From Macrostomum lignano (taxonomy: Eukaryota), in NCBI GenBank assembly GCA_002269645.1, contig NIVC01001367.1, positions 240,533 to 304,532 on the forward strand: DNA of 64,000 bases, given 5' to 3'. Positions within the stretch are counted from its first letter, which is position 1. Every line of letters starts with the position of its first letter. The position numbers and the translations under genes were made by a program. The notes beneath the pieces are model-generated. The model was not told where the DNA came from. It ran no database searches and saw nothing but the letters and a program-made list of their open reading frames with translations. This document shows positions 23,403 to 35,382 of the stretch, in pieces.

Positions 23403-24452
23403 TTAGACGTGGCCGAGTAGCTTAAGCCTCTTTTCCAGCTCTGCAATTTTCGCGTCCCTAGCAGCGATGACTCCGTCCTTCTCCAGATCTCTTTTCACGA
23501 ACTCCAGCAACGTCTTCAGAGCCTCTGTGGCCGACTCGTCCAGCTGGATGACTCCGGCTCTGTCGCTGCTGCTCTTCAAGTCTTTGGCAATGACTTGCAG
23601 TTTTTTAGAGCTGTCGCAGATGCCCTCGGCCAGGTCCCGCATCGCCTTCACGTCAATCACAGTCTTTCTCCCGACCACACCGGCCACGACACCGCCGGCA
23701 ACGCCTGCGATGGCGCCCAGGGCGATCCAGGCGGCTCCGCCAGTAGAGATACCGAGAGCCAGGAGACCGGCGCCTCCTATCACCAGGCCGGCTGTCCCCA
23801 CGGCTCCGCGTATCGTTGCGCTGCCGGCCTTCCGCTCCGCCTCCTCCGCCTTCTTCTGCAACGTATCAGTCAGATTCCTGGCGACTTGCTGCGAATTACT
23901 CAGGTGGCTGATGAAGCGCTCGAATGCTTTGTAAAAATAGGTCGCCATTTCGTCCGTTTTTATCAGTTTCCTACAGAACTCCTTCATCGTCATCGTGTTT
24001 TGTGGGATCCTGTTGCCTACAATATTGGTCTCCACAAATTTCTCAAATTCGATAATCTCCTTTTCGAAGTTCTCGAGCCAGACCTCCAGCTTGGACTCGG
24101 AGTCCTGCACCTTCTTCAGCGATTCTTTCAGCTCCTCCAGCTGCGGCTTCAGCTCCTTTAGTTGCGGCTTGTCCGGCAGGTCGAGTTTCTCCACATCGTT
24201 TGCGCTTTTCTTCGTCAGTTCAATAACTCGAAAAAGCTCGCCGTCGCTGTCCCTCATGCGCTTCATCGTCTTGACGGCAGAGTCAATGTGTGACATGACC
24301 TTGCCAACTGCTGCCAACTTCTCGGTCATTGCGAATCCGGTCCTATTCAGATTGATACAGTTGGATTGAGACTGAGTCAAACTCTGATAAATCCCGGCGG
24401 AACCTCCGCAAAGTTTAAATATCCTCGGGACAAAAGCCATATGTGCGTACAT
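23403..24452 (-). CDS. Intronless coiled-coil protein with a Gly/Ala hydrophobic hairpin (ApoL / ClyA-HBL-like architecture)
   Basis: Open 349 codons; the likely start is MTEK at 24329. Long heptad helices, then GAVGTAGLVIGGAGLLALGISTGGAAWIALGAIAGVAGGVVAGVVG. Confidence 0.7.
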   Translation of the reverse strand: MYAHMAFVPRIFKLCGGSAGIYQSLTQSQSNCINLNRTGFAMTEKLAAVGKVMSHIDSAVKTMKRMRDSDGELFRVIELTKKSANDVEKLDLPDKPQLKELKPQLEELKESLKKVQDSESKLEVWLENFEKEIIEFEKFVETNIVGNRIPQNTMTMKEFCRKLIKTDEMATYFYKAFERFISHLSNSQQVARNLTDTLQKKAEEAERKAGSATIRGAVGTAGLVIGGAGLLALGISTGGAAWIALGAIAGVAGGVVAGVVGRKTVIDVKAMRDLAEGICDSSKKLQVIAKDLKSSSDRAGVIQLDESATEALKTLLEFVKRDLEKDGVIAARDAKIAELEKRLKLLGHV

Positions 24453-24904
24453 TCAGTTCAAGTTGAATTAGTCATTTACTTCATTGAGCACAAGGCCAGT
24501 GCGCGTTCTTGTATATAAGTTCCTTGTTGGTTGACGGTTTCTGCGAGCTTTCTTGTGCAATTGTACCAGTTAGTGTCTATATATGACAGGACTATAATAT
24601 ATGTACAGTTAAGTATGTACAGTTAGTTCATGCGTCAGAGGGGAACTTCCCCAAATTAGTGGCCTGATTGTAATTGCTCCAGTTTATCACTTACCACAAA
24701 TATATGCTAGTTAATTGTTGGGCGTACTAATTTCAAACATATGGGACGTTCCCTGCAGAGCAGTCAATAACTTCCGTAAAAAAAGGAATCTTTTTTTCAC
24801 TTTCGAAGTTGAATTAGATGTTAGTATAGGGTGGGTATAGTGTTAACAGCTTGATTATACTTGATTATAACTGATTATACACCTGCCCAATATCGGGCCA
24901 GATA

Positions 24905-25177
24905 TGCAACCGACGGCTCGCAGCAGCAGCTATTACGCGGCGCATCTTAAGGCTGCGTACGGCTGGTCAGTCCAAGGACTTTGGGGCCGGGGGTCTCCAC
25001 ACACACGGTCCTCTCCACACCACAGCTATGCTGGTGCCCATTTTTACAGCTGGGGGACTACTGAAAGCAATGCAGAGTTAAGTGTCTTGCTCAAGGACAC
25101 AAATTGTTCCAGTGGGATTGGGAATCGAACCTCCAGACCTTCGATTCGTAAGTCCGATTCTCTAACCACTAAGGCTA
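24905..25177 (-). mobile_element. tRNA-derived SINE with a CORE-like body
   Basis: Minus strand has A box TAGCCTTAGTGG and B box GGTTCGATTCC, followed by TGTGTCCTTGAGCAAGACACTTAAC, which resembles CORE-type SINE domains. Confidence 0.7.
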
Positions 25178-25357
25178 AAATTAAATTAAACACGTACGTG
25201 AATTAAGTTGTCTTTCTAATAAGGTTCTTTAGTTTAAAAAATGGTTCTTTTCACTAGCTGTTCTGTGCTTTAATTGTGTTTGTTGGGCAGTATTTAGACG
25301 TCAAATCGCCATTGATGCCATATTGATACTGTTGTTATGCTATGGGTACATGTAAGC

Positions 25358-25402
25358 CAAGGACGACTAAAGTAACGTATATATCTACTTAAGTAGTCCT
25401 TG
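25358..25402. mobile_element. 45-bp minimal TIR element with 8-bp TSD
   Basis: 17-bp TIR CAAGGACGACTAAAGTA / TACTTAAGTAGTCCTTG (15/17). Perfect TSD ATGTAAGC at 25350-25357 and 25403-25410. Confidence 0.75.
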
Positions 25403-26889
25403 ATGTAAGCCCCATGACTGTCTGTGCTTGTCCATGTATATGCATGATTTTGTTAAATATTGACTGCGGTTGTTATGTAAGGAGCAGAAACTAAATAGTA
25501 AAAGTTGGAGCAGGAAAAGTATTAGACAAAAATAACAAAATGTCACTATGCAATGAATAAATTCATTAAATAGTGAAGAGCGTATGTGTAATGTCGGCCG
25601 GCAATTAGAACAATTGCAATACTCATATCCTGGACGAATTAACTCTAATTATAATCATTTTTAAAAAACTATTGTAAAGGCCATAATTACAAGATTTCAC
25701 TTCAACGAGTATAACATACAATTCACGTTCGTATCATTTTGTTTTGCTACGTTTTGAAATATTTAAAGATTCAATGGCCAATCTTTTCAAAAATCGTGAC
25801 GATTTCCTCGAAAGTTCTGTCTTGTACGCGCGTTTAACGCATAGATAGCCACTTATAACGCATAGCATAGTTTTATTGGTGGTTAGTAATTAAATTAGTA
25901 TGTTTGTTAGTTTAACCTAATATCATTGTCACTAGGCCCTAGTTGAATTTCTATGCCCGAAAGTTCATAATAAACCAAAAACTTAATAGGCCTATAATAG
26001 GCATACACAGATAACGAGTGTGTATTAAAAAAACTTTATTTCTAACTTGAATCTAACTATTTCCAAACCATTTAAACATTTAAAAGATATACACATCATT
26101 TAGACTAGTGCCACATCATCTACTTACTTGAAAATGAAATTTTGACTTTAGTTAGGCCAACTAAATTGCCAATATTTAAGGTTTAAGCTTTGATGCATTG
26201 TAAACTTAATTCATAATTGTCAATTGTGCAGCTTCAAAATCGCATGCAATTAAATTTTTTTAAGAGGATTGACATTTATGCTTTTATTTATGCTTTTATT
26301 CTTTTATACTTTTTATATACTTACAAATTGTTTAGTTCATTTAAACCCAGGGTCACACCATAGTTTAGAGTATGCCCTACTCTATTAGAGCCCAACCAAG
26401 ATAGGAAAAATCTGGTTGGGTGGGATTGGGCAAGATTGAATTCATAAAAGTCAGGACTTGAGATTGGTTGGGATCAAAATCAAGGTCTACCATTGGCATC
26501 CAGACTTATTTAGGTATAGGATAGCTAAGAATATATTTATATATATATATAAGCATATGTGTTAATTAGTATTTGTAGTCAAGTGATATTACTACTACTA
26601 CATTCTATTAGCCTAACTTGTAGTTTAGTAGAGCTGAGTAGGGCCTATTCAAGTCAAGTTTTATTGAATAGTTTAGTAGAATGAAAATTTAGTAGTTAGT
26701 AAATTCATTTCAAGCCTCAACCTTATTCTATACCATAGTCAGGAAGATGGCATTTTATTTAGAAAATTCTGGCATACACAGGGAAATTTTGGGCCAATTT
26801 CGGTGTATACGGCATACTATGGTTTAGAGAAAGTACCCCATAGCATACAATGGCATGTCACGACACACAATTATATGCTGCGCCATCAT

Positions 26890-27085
26890 GGGCATAGGAC
26901 CCTCATACATGCGCAACTTTGGGAATCACCCGGCCATTTCTATTGGCAACACACATGTAAGTCGCTATTGGCTGAGAGCAGTCACGTGACTGCTATTCCG
27001 TCCAATAGTGACTTACATGTGTGTGTTGCCAATAGAAACGGCCGAGTGAATCCTAAGGTTGCGCCCAAGCATGAGGACCCTACCC
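26890..27085. repeat. ~195-bp fold-back (long imperfect palindrome)
   Basis: Arms 26931-26971 and 27002-27044 are near-perfect, and outer arms extend further. The centre is an 18-bp palindrome AGCAGTCACGTGACTGCT. Confidence 0.85.
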
Positions 27086-27617
27086 ACCCACAACATCCTA
27101 AATCCTGATGCATACAATTTATTTATTTTTTGTTTTTTAAAACTGAAAAAGAAAGAAAAAAATTTTTTCTAGTGCTAATTTTCTTTCATTAAAGTCATTA
27201 AAATTTCAACACAAATGAAAAATTTGTTAAAGTTTGACTTTTATATTATTTTAAACTTCCATTTTAGTACATATTGTAATGTTAACTACATTACAGAACT
27301 ACATTGATTGTATACAAGTACATGGCAGCCTTGCCTCTGAGTGTGAACCCAGTCAATATTAATGACACAGCCACCTACTGTGTCTCTAAGTGTGAACTCA
27401 TTCAATATTAATGACATGGCTGCCATGCAAGTTTTATTGACATGGCCACCATGTTTATAAGTTTTTGCATTATAGACACAGTTGCCATGTCTCTAAGTGT
27501 GGCATAAAAACTAATAATATATTAAAGTCATAAAGATCTAAATTATTAGTTTTGAAGCTTTCCTACTACTGGACTTATGATTTTTTGTTTAACTGCAGCT
27601 ATGGGGCAGTTCAAAGA

Positions 27618-27885
27618 TGTGACATAGTGACACAGTGGACTTTCAAATAGTTTGTGTGTACTCGTACTGAATGTTGACTCACTAGCAGTGGCGATTGCTA
27701 TTGACCAGCTTAATGATTTGAATGGTATTGTATTCAACCCCCACCCCATGCGCACACGATTGAATCTGTCTGCACCCACCACCTCATTGCTAACTAATAA
27801 ATGTTGTCAGCCTAGCTCTCAAGCGAGCACCCTTTTTTCACTCCTTCAATTCCACACTTCTGCCTCGCTTAACAAAGTTATCACA
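27618..27885 (+). repeat. 5' LTR
   Basis: TGTGAC...ATCACA, 268 bp; roughly 92-94% identical to the 3' LTR by eye. Confidence 0.92.
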
Positions 27886-30800
27886 ATGGCGACGAGTCTG
27901 CCCACGCTGGGCCAGCTGCTACCATCTACAAACATCGAGATCTTCCTAGAGCGTCTCGAGCAGTACTTCATCTGCAAGGAGGTGAAGGATGAGGCAAAAG
28001 TGGCAACTCTGATCACGTCGATTGGAGAGGAGGCTTACATCACACTGCGGAGTCTGTGCCAGCCGGTCCTAGTGGCGCAGAAGTCTTACGCTGACCTGAA
28101 GAAGCTGCTGACAACGCACTTCGCACCCAAGCCTTCAGAGCTAGCTGCGAGGTTCCGTTTCCAACAACGAACTCAGCAAGCAGGCGAGAGCTTCACGGCA
28201 TTCATCGCGGGGCTCCAGGCTCTGTCAGCTGACTGCAACTTCGGTGTGTCGCTAAATGAGCGGCTCCGAGACCAACTCGTGTTCGGCCTTCGAAGCGACG
28301 CCTTCCGAGCCAAGCTGCTGGAAGTCGTTGAGCCGACTTTCGAATCCCTGCAAGAGAAAGCGATGTCGCTCGAGTCTGCAGAGCGTTCGTCCCTGGAGAT
28401 GTCACAAAGGGCATCGGAGTCTGTTGCCAATCTGCAATTTATCAGCGAAAGAGGAAGCCGCAAACAGGCGACACCATCAGCGCACCACAGAGGGCATCGG
28501 TTCAGCGGCAATGGCGGCAGCGGCAACGGTTCAACAGATCCCACGAGCGTCATCTATGCAAGTTCAGGGACGCCAAGTGCCATGCATGCGGCAAGGTCGG
28601 CCATATCCGCAAGGTCTGCCAGTCTACCAAGCAGGCCAAACTGCACATGCTACAAGAGGAGCGGATGGCACCTACTGTCGAAGGCGCGTGTGACACCCAG
28701 GTGCCCATCTTCGCAGTCCGACCAACAGGCAGCAACGCTGGACCGACAGTCATGCTGCTCGTCAACGGCCAGGAATGCCAGTTTGTCATCGACACCGGCT
28801 CTGCAGTCACGCTGATGCCGCAGCAGCTGCAGCAGAAGTTGCTCCCTCAGCTACAACTGGCTCCATCGGCTGCAGTTGTGCGAACCTTCACCAATGAACG
28901 CTTTCATCCGCGAGGCCAAGCCACAGTCTGCGTCCAGCACAACGCCCAGCAGCTACAGCTACCACTGCTTGTAGTCGACAAAGGAGACACGGCGCTGCTG
29001 GGACGAGACTGGCTGGCTCACCTTCGGCTGGACTGGCCGACAATATGGCCCAGGTGCACGCCGTGTCGACCGATAACGACATCAGCGACCTGCATGAGAG
29101 ATTTGCTGCGGTGTTCGAGGACGACTTGGCGAATATCAACACGGTAAAGTGCGGCTCAACGTCGTCGACGGTGCCCAACCTCGGTTCTTTAAAGCCCGCC
29201 CGGTTCCGTATGCACTACGAGAGCGCGTGGACGAGGAGCTGCAGAGACTGGAGGCCAACGGCATATTTCGGTGGTTAAGCACAGCGACTGGGCCTCTCCG
29301 ATTGTTCCGGTGGTGAAGAAGGATAGCGGCGTCAGGATTTGCGGTGATTATACGCAAACTTTCAACCCGGGGTGCCTGACCGAGCAGTACCCTCTACTCA
29401 AGATCCAGGACCTGTTTGCCAAGCTGGGAGGCGGCTGCAAGTGGACAAAGCTCGATCTGTCCAATGCCTTCCTGCAGCTTCCGCTCGCCGAAGACAGCAA
29501 AGCCTTCGTCACGATCAACACGCCGAAGGGACTCTACCAGTTCAATCGCATGCCTTTTGGTTTTGGCATCAAGTGCGCCACTGCGATCTTCCAACGGACG
29601 CTGGACACTCTGCTAGGAGATCTCGACTCTGTCCAGGTGTTTTTCGATGACATCCTGGTCACCGGGAAGACGATGCACCAACATAAGAAAAACCTGGAAG
29701 AAGTTCTGCAGCGCCTCCGTGAGTCGGGACTCAGGCTGAACAAGCAAAAGAGCCAGTTCTTCATGGACTCTGTCGAGTATCTGGGTTACCGCATTGACGC
29801 ATGTGGACTCAGCCCGCTGACGGACAGGGTGGCCGCAATTCAAGACGCCCCAGCGCCGAAGGACATCAGCCAGCTGCGCTCGTTCCTCGGCATGCTGACT
29901 CAGTACGGCCGGTTCCTGCCTAACCTGTCCACCGTAGTGGCGCCGCTCAATCAGCTGCTGGCCAAGGACGTTCGTTGGACGTGGGGACAAGCCGCAGCAA
30001 ACCGCCTTCAGCGAAGCTAAGCGTCTGCTGCTCCATTCACCTGTGCTGGTGCACTACAATCCGGATCTGCCGCTGCGGCTCGAGTGTGACGCTTCACCAT
30101 ACGGAGTGGGCGTGGTGTTGTCCCATCGCATCGGCAACAAAGACTGCGCAGTGGCATTCGCTAGCCGCACCCTGAACGCAGCACAGCGGGGCTACTCGCA
30201 GCTCGACAAGGAAGCGCTGGCCATAATGTTCGGGCTGCACCGCTTCCATCAATTCCTCTATGGCCGTCGATTCACGATATTCACTGATCACCTGCCGCTA
30301 CTCGGGCTACTGGGTGAGCGGAAAGGCATCCCGGCACACGCTGCAGCCCGCATGCAGCGGTGGGCGATCCGGCTGGCGAGCTATGACTATGCGCTCGAGT
30401 TTCGGCCGACGGAGAAGCACGCCAACTGAGACTCGCTGTCCCGGCTGCCATTGCCGCAGCAATTCGAGGAGGAGACAGCGGTTAACTCGCTGCTGATCGA
30501 CGAGAGCGCAGGTTCGGCCGCCACTGCAGCGACGGTGGCGCGGCTCACCAGGACGGATGCGGTGCTAGGTCGCGTGCTGCACTGTCTGCAGACGGGTTCG
30601 ACCATCTGCGCCGACCTGACCGACTTCGCCAGGCGCCAGAGCAAGCTGTCCATTGACCAGGGCTGCGTGCTGTGGGGCGCTCGAGTTGTGGTGCCAGCCG
30701 CCTTGCGACAACAAGTGTTGAACGAGCTGCACCAAGCCCACCCTGGCATCAGCCGCATGCGCGCCCTCGCGAGAAGCTACGTTTGGTGACCAAGTATCGA

Positions 30801-31792
30801 CAAAGACCTGGAGGCCGCAGTAAAAGCCTGTCGCACCTGCCAGCTCAATCAGGCGGATCCATCCAAGGCCCCGGTGCAGCCATGGCCATTCCCGACTGAG
30901 CAATGGGAGCGGTTGCACATCGACTTCGCGGGACCCGTGGACGGCCGCACTTACCTGGTCCTGGTCGACGCACACAGCAAGTGGCCAGAGGTGCACAGGA
31001 TGAGCAGCACCACTGCAACTGCGACGATCAGCTGCCTGCGAGAAATCTTCGCTCGTCTCGGCCTACCGAGAACCTTGGTGTCGGACAACGGGCCTCAATT
31101 CGCTTCAGCCGAGTTCGCTGAGTTCGTCAGTTCCAACGGCATCCGGCACATCTTCTCGGCGCCATTCCACCCGGCGACCAACGGCCAGGCCGAGTGCTTC
31201 GTCCAGGTGCTGAAGCGGCATCTGAGTAAGTGCGGTCACTCCGACGCGCAACTTCAACGACTGCTGATGGCCTACCGCAACACTCCGCACAGCGTCAGTG
31301 GCACCGCGCCAAGTCAGCTGCTCATTGGCCGCCGGCTGCGCAGCCGGCTGGACCTCCTGACACCGTCGTTGACTTCGGCCATGCAACAGCGACAGCAGCT
31401 TCAGCAGCAGCGGCCAGCGCGCCAGTTCCAGCCTGGAGATCGCGTGCTCTACCGCGATTTCAGCACTGCTGCTCGTACTGGAGAAAGCAGCCGCTGGGCC
31501 GAAGGTGATATCGTCAATGCCGGCACTCGCAACTGCACAGTCGATTCTGGACGCGGTGTACAAGCGCGACACGCTGACCAGCTGCTGGCGGCTCCCGCTG
31601 GGTTGGCCGAGTCGAACAGCAGCACTACCCCGACCGAGGACTGCGCGGCATCTGACGCTGGCGGCACGCCGGCCTCGCCACAGGCAGACACGGCTGACTC
31701 TGCTAACGAGGCACCCCGGCGCTACCCGAATCGAGTTCGAGCACCATCTGACAGATTGATGCTGCAGTGAGGGCGTTATCTAAGGGGGGAGA

Positions 31793-32056
31793 TGCGACAT
31801 AGCGACACGATGGACTTTCAAATAGTTTGTGTGTACTTGTACTGAATGTTGACTCACTAGCAGTGACGATTGATATTGACCAGCTTAATGATTTGAATGG
31901 TATTGTATTCAACCCCACCCCATGCACGCGATTGAATCTGTCTGCACCCACCACCTCATTGCTAACTAATAAATACTGTCAGACTAGCTCTCAAGCGAGC
32001 ACCTTTTCTCACTCCTGCAATTCCACACTTCTGCCTCAGTTAAAAAAGTTATCACA
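31793..32056 (+). repeat. 3' LTR
   Basis: TGCGAC...ATCACA, directly after the PPT. Confidence 0.92.
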
Positions 32057-32466
32057 AAAGTAGACTTATAATACTAGTGATTTGGTTTTTAAATTTAAAG
32101 AAGACAAAACTAAAAAGTCAGAATTCTATTTGTATAGCATTTTATATATATTACAATCATCTATAAGTTTGTTTGTTTCAAACTTGTTTGTTTCAAATAA
32201 AGACATTTTGTAAAAATCCAAAGTGCTTACCTTATAAAGAACATGGAAATCTGTTTTGCAATTTATTAATTTTTGAATTCTATAATTATATAGCCTATAT
32301 GCATGGATGGGACAACTATTATAACTAGGCCTACAACTATGATGACTTGTATTGTCATGCACATACTCTAAAATTTTATATGTGTATGCTAAAACCTAAA
32401 TTTAGCCTTATTTAGCTACTATATAAGCTTTGTAGCTACTATATTTAGCTTTATATTTAGCTACTA

Positions 32467-32731
32467 TACTCAGCAACGTTGAAAAGTGGCCACTCTATGC
32501 GCCAGTGAGCAATTCCTCTTGAACTATTCTGAAATAAAAGATTTGAGAAAACTGATCAGGGTAGCTTTGATCCGTCCAACCCTCGCACACTGCTCCCCCC
32601 CACTTCATTCCTCAACTCAAGTCTGCCGCAGCGTAGCTGAGTTGCGTCACTCGCAAAGATTGAGAGACTTTACCTGCCACCCTCGCAAAAAGGAATGTTC
32701 TGTGATGGCAACTTTTCGATGTTGCTGAGTG
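32467..32731. mobile_element. Tc1/mariner-type MITE
   Basis: About 27-bp imperfect TIR (T/C)ACTCAGCAAC..GAAAAGT.GCCA, flanked by TA on both sides. Confidence 0.7.
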
Positions 32732-34309
32732 TATATAAGGCTTAAAATAAAGCTATTAGTTGTTCATATGTGTAGAATTGTTGGGTGAAAATTTCAAGTT
32801 CATACCTTCATCCAGTCAAAAGTTATAATAAAATTCTCATTACTTTTAAAACACCTCTCGTACATATAAATTTTACAAGTTGGGACTTTTTAAGGTTATG
32901 TACCTTTTCCTGGTTATAGAATCTAAATCTAAATCTAGAAAATAAATCTAGAATCTATAGAATCTAGAGTTTGCTAGCCTAACCCTTGATCTAGGCCTAT
33001 TGATTTGTAATAGTTTATTGTCTTAATATCCTTTCACTTAATTGTTAACTAACATTTCTAAAGCTAGAAGATCCAAATAATGATCATATTGTAACATAAT
33101 AGAGCAAAGACAAAAATTGAAAGTTTTCTAAAGTGAATTACACATTGTGATATACCTATTCACCAAAAATCATGTCTATATATATTTCCAAACAGTAAGA
33201 ATCAACATACTTTATAAATCAGCCTTCAAAAGTTTTTCTATGAATCATGAGCATAGCATCTTGATATACTACTAGTTGTTATATTCTAAAAGTTTTTGTT
33301 AATTCACAAAAATGATATATATCACTTTTATTTAAGGAAGGCCTAGAATATGTTTAACTATAGAGTATGTTTAATGCCTATTAGGCATGTTATTTGTTTT
33401 TTACAAAGTTGTTTAAGCATTTTTAATTTATAATTGTAAAAAACATATCTATTCACTAATATTTTTGCATCTATTGCATAAATTAAGATACCTTTATACT
33501 TTAACGATAAGCAACATAATGTCAATGACATGAATATATTACACCTTACATACAAGTTATGGTAGTAAAATGTGTATATTTTGATTCATAGAAAAACTAT
33601 ATTAGGAAAGTTAAATTGGTATTTGGTTTTACTAATTAATTTCTTTTTACTTATATCCAAAAATATTTAAATTAAAGTTGAAAATCAAATCAAATACCAA
33701 TATATTTAGCTTAACTATTGCAAAGCTTTAGCTAGTATAAATCTGATATACTAATTTATTATACAAATACTATTTTAATGCAAATCTTTGCCTTTATAAA
33801 AAAGAAAAATCTGCTTGTTCTAAAAAAGCATCATGCTACTTTTTATAGGTTGTAGTAGTATGACAAGAACATTTGCTCTTATATTATATCCGTGTCTCTA
33901 TCAACATTGGCCTTGAATTTCAATTTTCTGTTTACTGGCATGGCTGCTCTGCATAGTTTTGATGGGCCTGTCTGATTACTTACTATAACTTGGTAACCCA
34001 ATGATGGTTGCTGCTGTCCATGGCTGTGATGTACAATCACCCCAGTGTCTGCAATTCAATTATTCAGCCCCTTTCACAACCGCCATGATGCCTATCTGCA
34101 TCTCACTAACTGTATTGTATTATCCCTCTGTCCACTTTAGGTTTTTCAGACTGTTGTTTAGGCTAGGAATTTTCGCGCTTTTTGGCACTCAGCATAATTC
34201 ATAATAAATGACCTGCCTGCGTCCTCACTCATGCGCCTTTTCTGTGGCAGATTCACTTGGCTCTACTTTTTAACGATTTGTTATAATGCGTCTAAACTGG
34301 CAGCTTTAG

Positions 34310-34685
34310 TCTTGCTTGTCTTGTCTTCACTGGCAGCTTCACTCTCGCTTGTCTTCACTGGCAGATTCACTCTCGCTTGTCTTCACTGGCAGATTCACTC
34401 TCGCTTGTCTTCACTGGCAGCTTCACTCTCGCTTGTCTTCACTGGCAGCTTCACTCTCGCTTGTCTTCACTGGCAGCTTCACTCTCGCTTGTCTTCACTG
34501 GCAGCTTCACTCTCGCTTGTCTTCACTGGCAGATTCACTCTCGCTTGCTTGTCTACACTGGCAGCTTCACTCTCGCTTGCTTGTCTACACTGGCAGCTTC
34601 ACTCTCGCTTGTCTTCACTGGCAGCTTCACTCTCGCTTGTCTTCACTGGCAGCTTCACTCTCGCTTGTCTACACTGGCAGCTCCA
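34310..34685. repeat. 28-bp tandem repeat
   Basis: Unit CTTCACTGGCAGCTTCACTCTCGCTTGT, about 13 copies. Confidence 0.95.
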
Positions 34686-35382
34686 TAGCCTGTTGCCACG
34701 GCACTAGACAGTCCAGTCTTTGTCTCCACTTAATGTCGTATCAGGCGTGCACTGCGTCTCAATTGCATGCAATCGGTACGAGCCTAAGAGGTCTTCTGAT
34801 TTGGGCTAGGCATTGCGTGACTGAGAGTCCATCCATAATTTGATTTGCTTCTCGGAGGTGCCGCACTCTGGCGGGCAATGTTCTCAATAAAATTGAATGC
34901 TTATAATAGTCTACTGATCTGAGAACAGTGGGATGTTAAACTGGTGACAACTGCTTATTGAGCTCACTGTTTGTGCACCTGTCATCTGCCCCGCTATCTC
35001 TGCTGCGCTGTTGACTGACATTATTGTTTATTTGCTTGGGCCGTCATGCGCAGCTTGTGTGCTCCCTCGTGCCGAGTCCCGTCTTTCCATCCGGGGCTTC
35101 CTGCCTCCTTCATAAGCCTTGGCTTTTTATAATCGGGCCGCTGTGTTTGCGGCGTGTCTGCAGGATGCCGGGCTAGCGGCTTGCAAGGAACGGGAGTGAG
35201 GGGACTGCGCCAGTGCAGGGCAGGACCGCACGGCTTTGGCATTGGCTCTGCCGGCCTGGCATGGGCAGCTGGCTGGGGTTGAGGAAGCGAGCGTATTTGC
35301 ATACATGGCGTGAGGACCCAGGGCTTGCTGCGCCCACGGGAGCTGACAGCCGACGATCTCCCAGTCTCGCTCAGTCACTCAG

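Larger units (their letters stand above)
27618..32056 (+). mobile_element. Ty3/Gypsy LTR retrotransposon (Mag-like), degenerate
   Basis: TG...CA LTRs, PBS TGGCGACGAG and PPT AAGGGGGGAGA. Gag with CHACGKVGHIRKVC, protease IDTGS, RT FFDD, RNase H CDAS, integrase HH-CC with IDF/SDNG/E. Flanks AAAGA / AAAGT. Multiple frameshifts and stops. Confidence 0.95.

Noticed and set aside
25100-25177. Functional tRNA gene
   Set aside because: No complete acceptor stem, and it continues into a CORE-like SINE body.
17098-31770. Programmed frameshifting in the LINE and Gypsy ORFs
   Set aside because: Shifts are numerous, fall inside domains and accompany in-frame stops, which fits decay or assembly indels.
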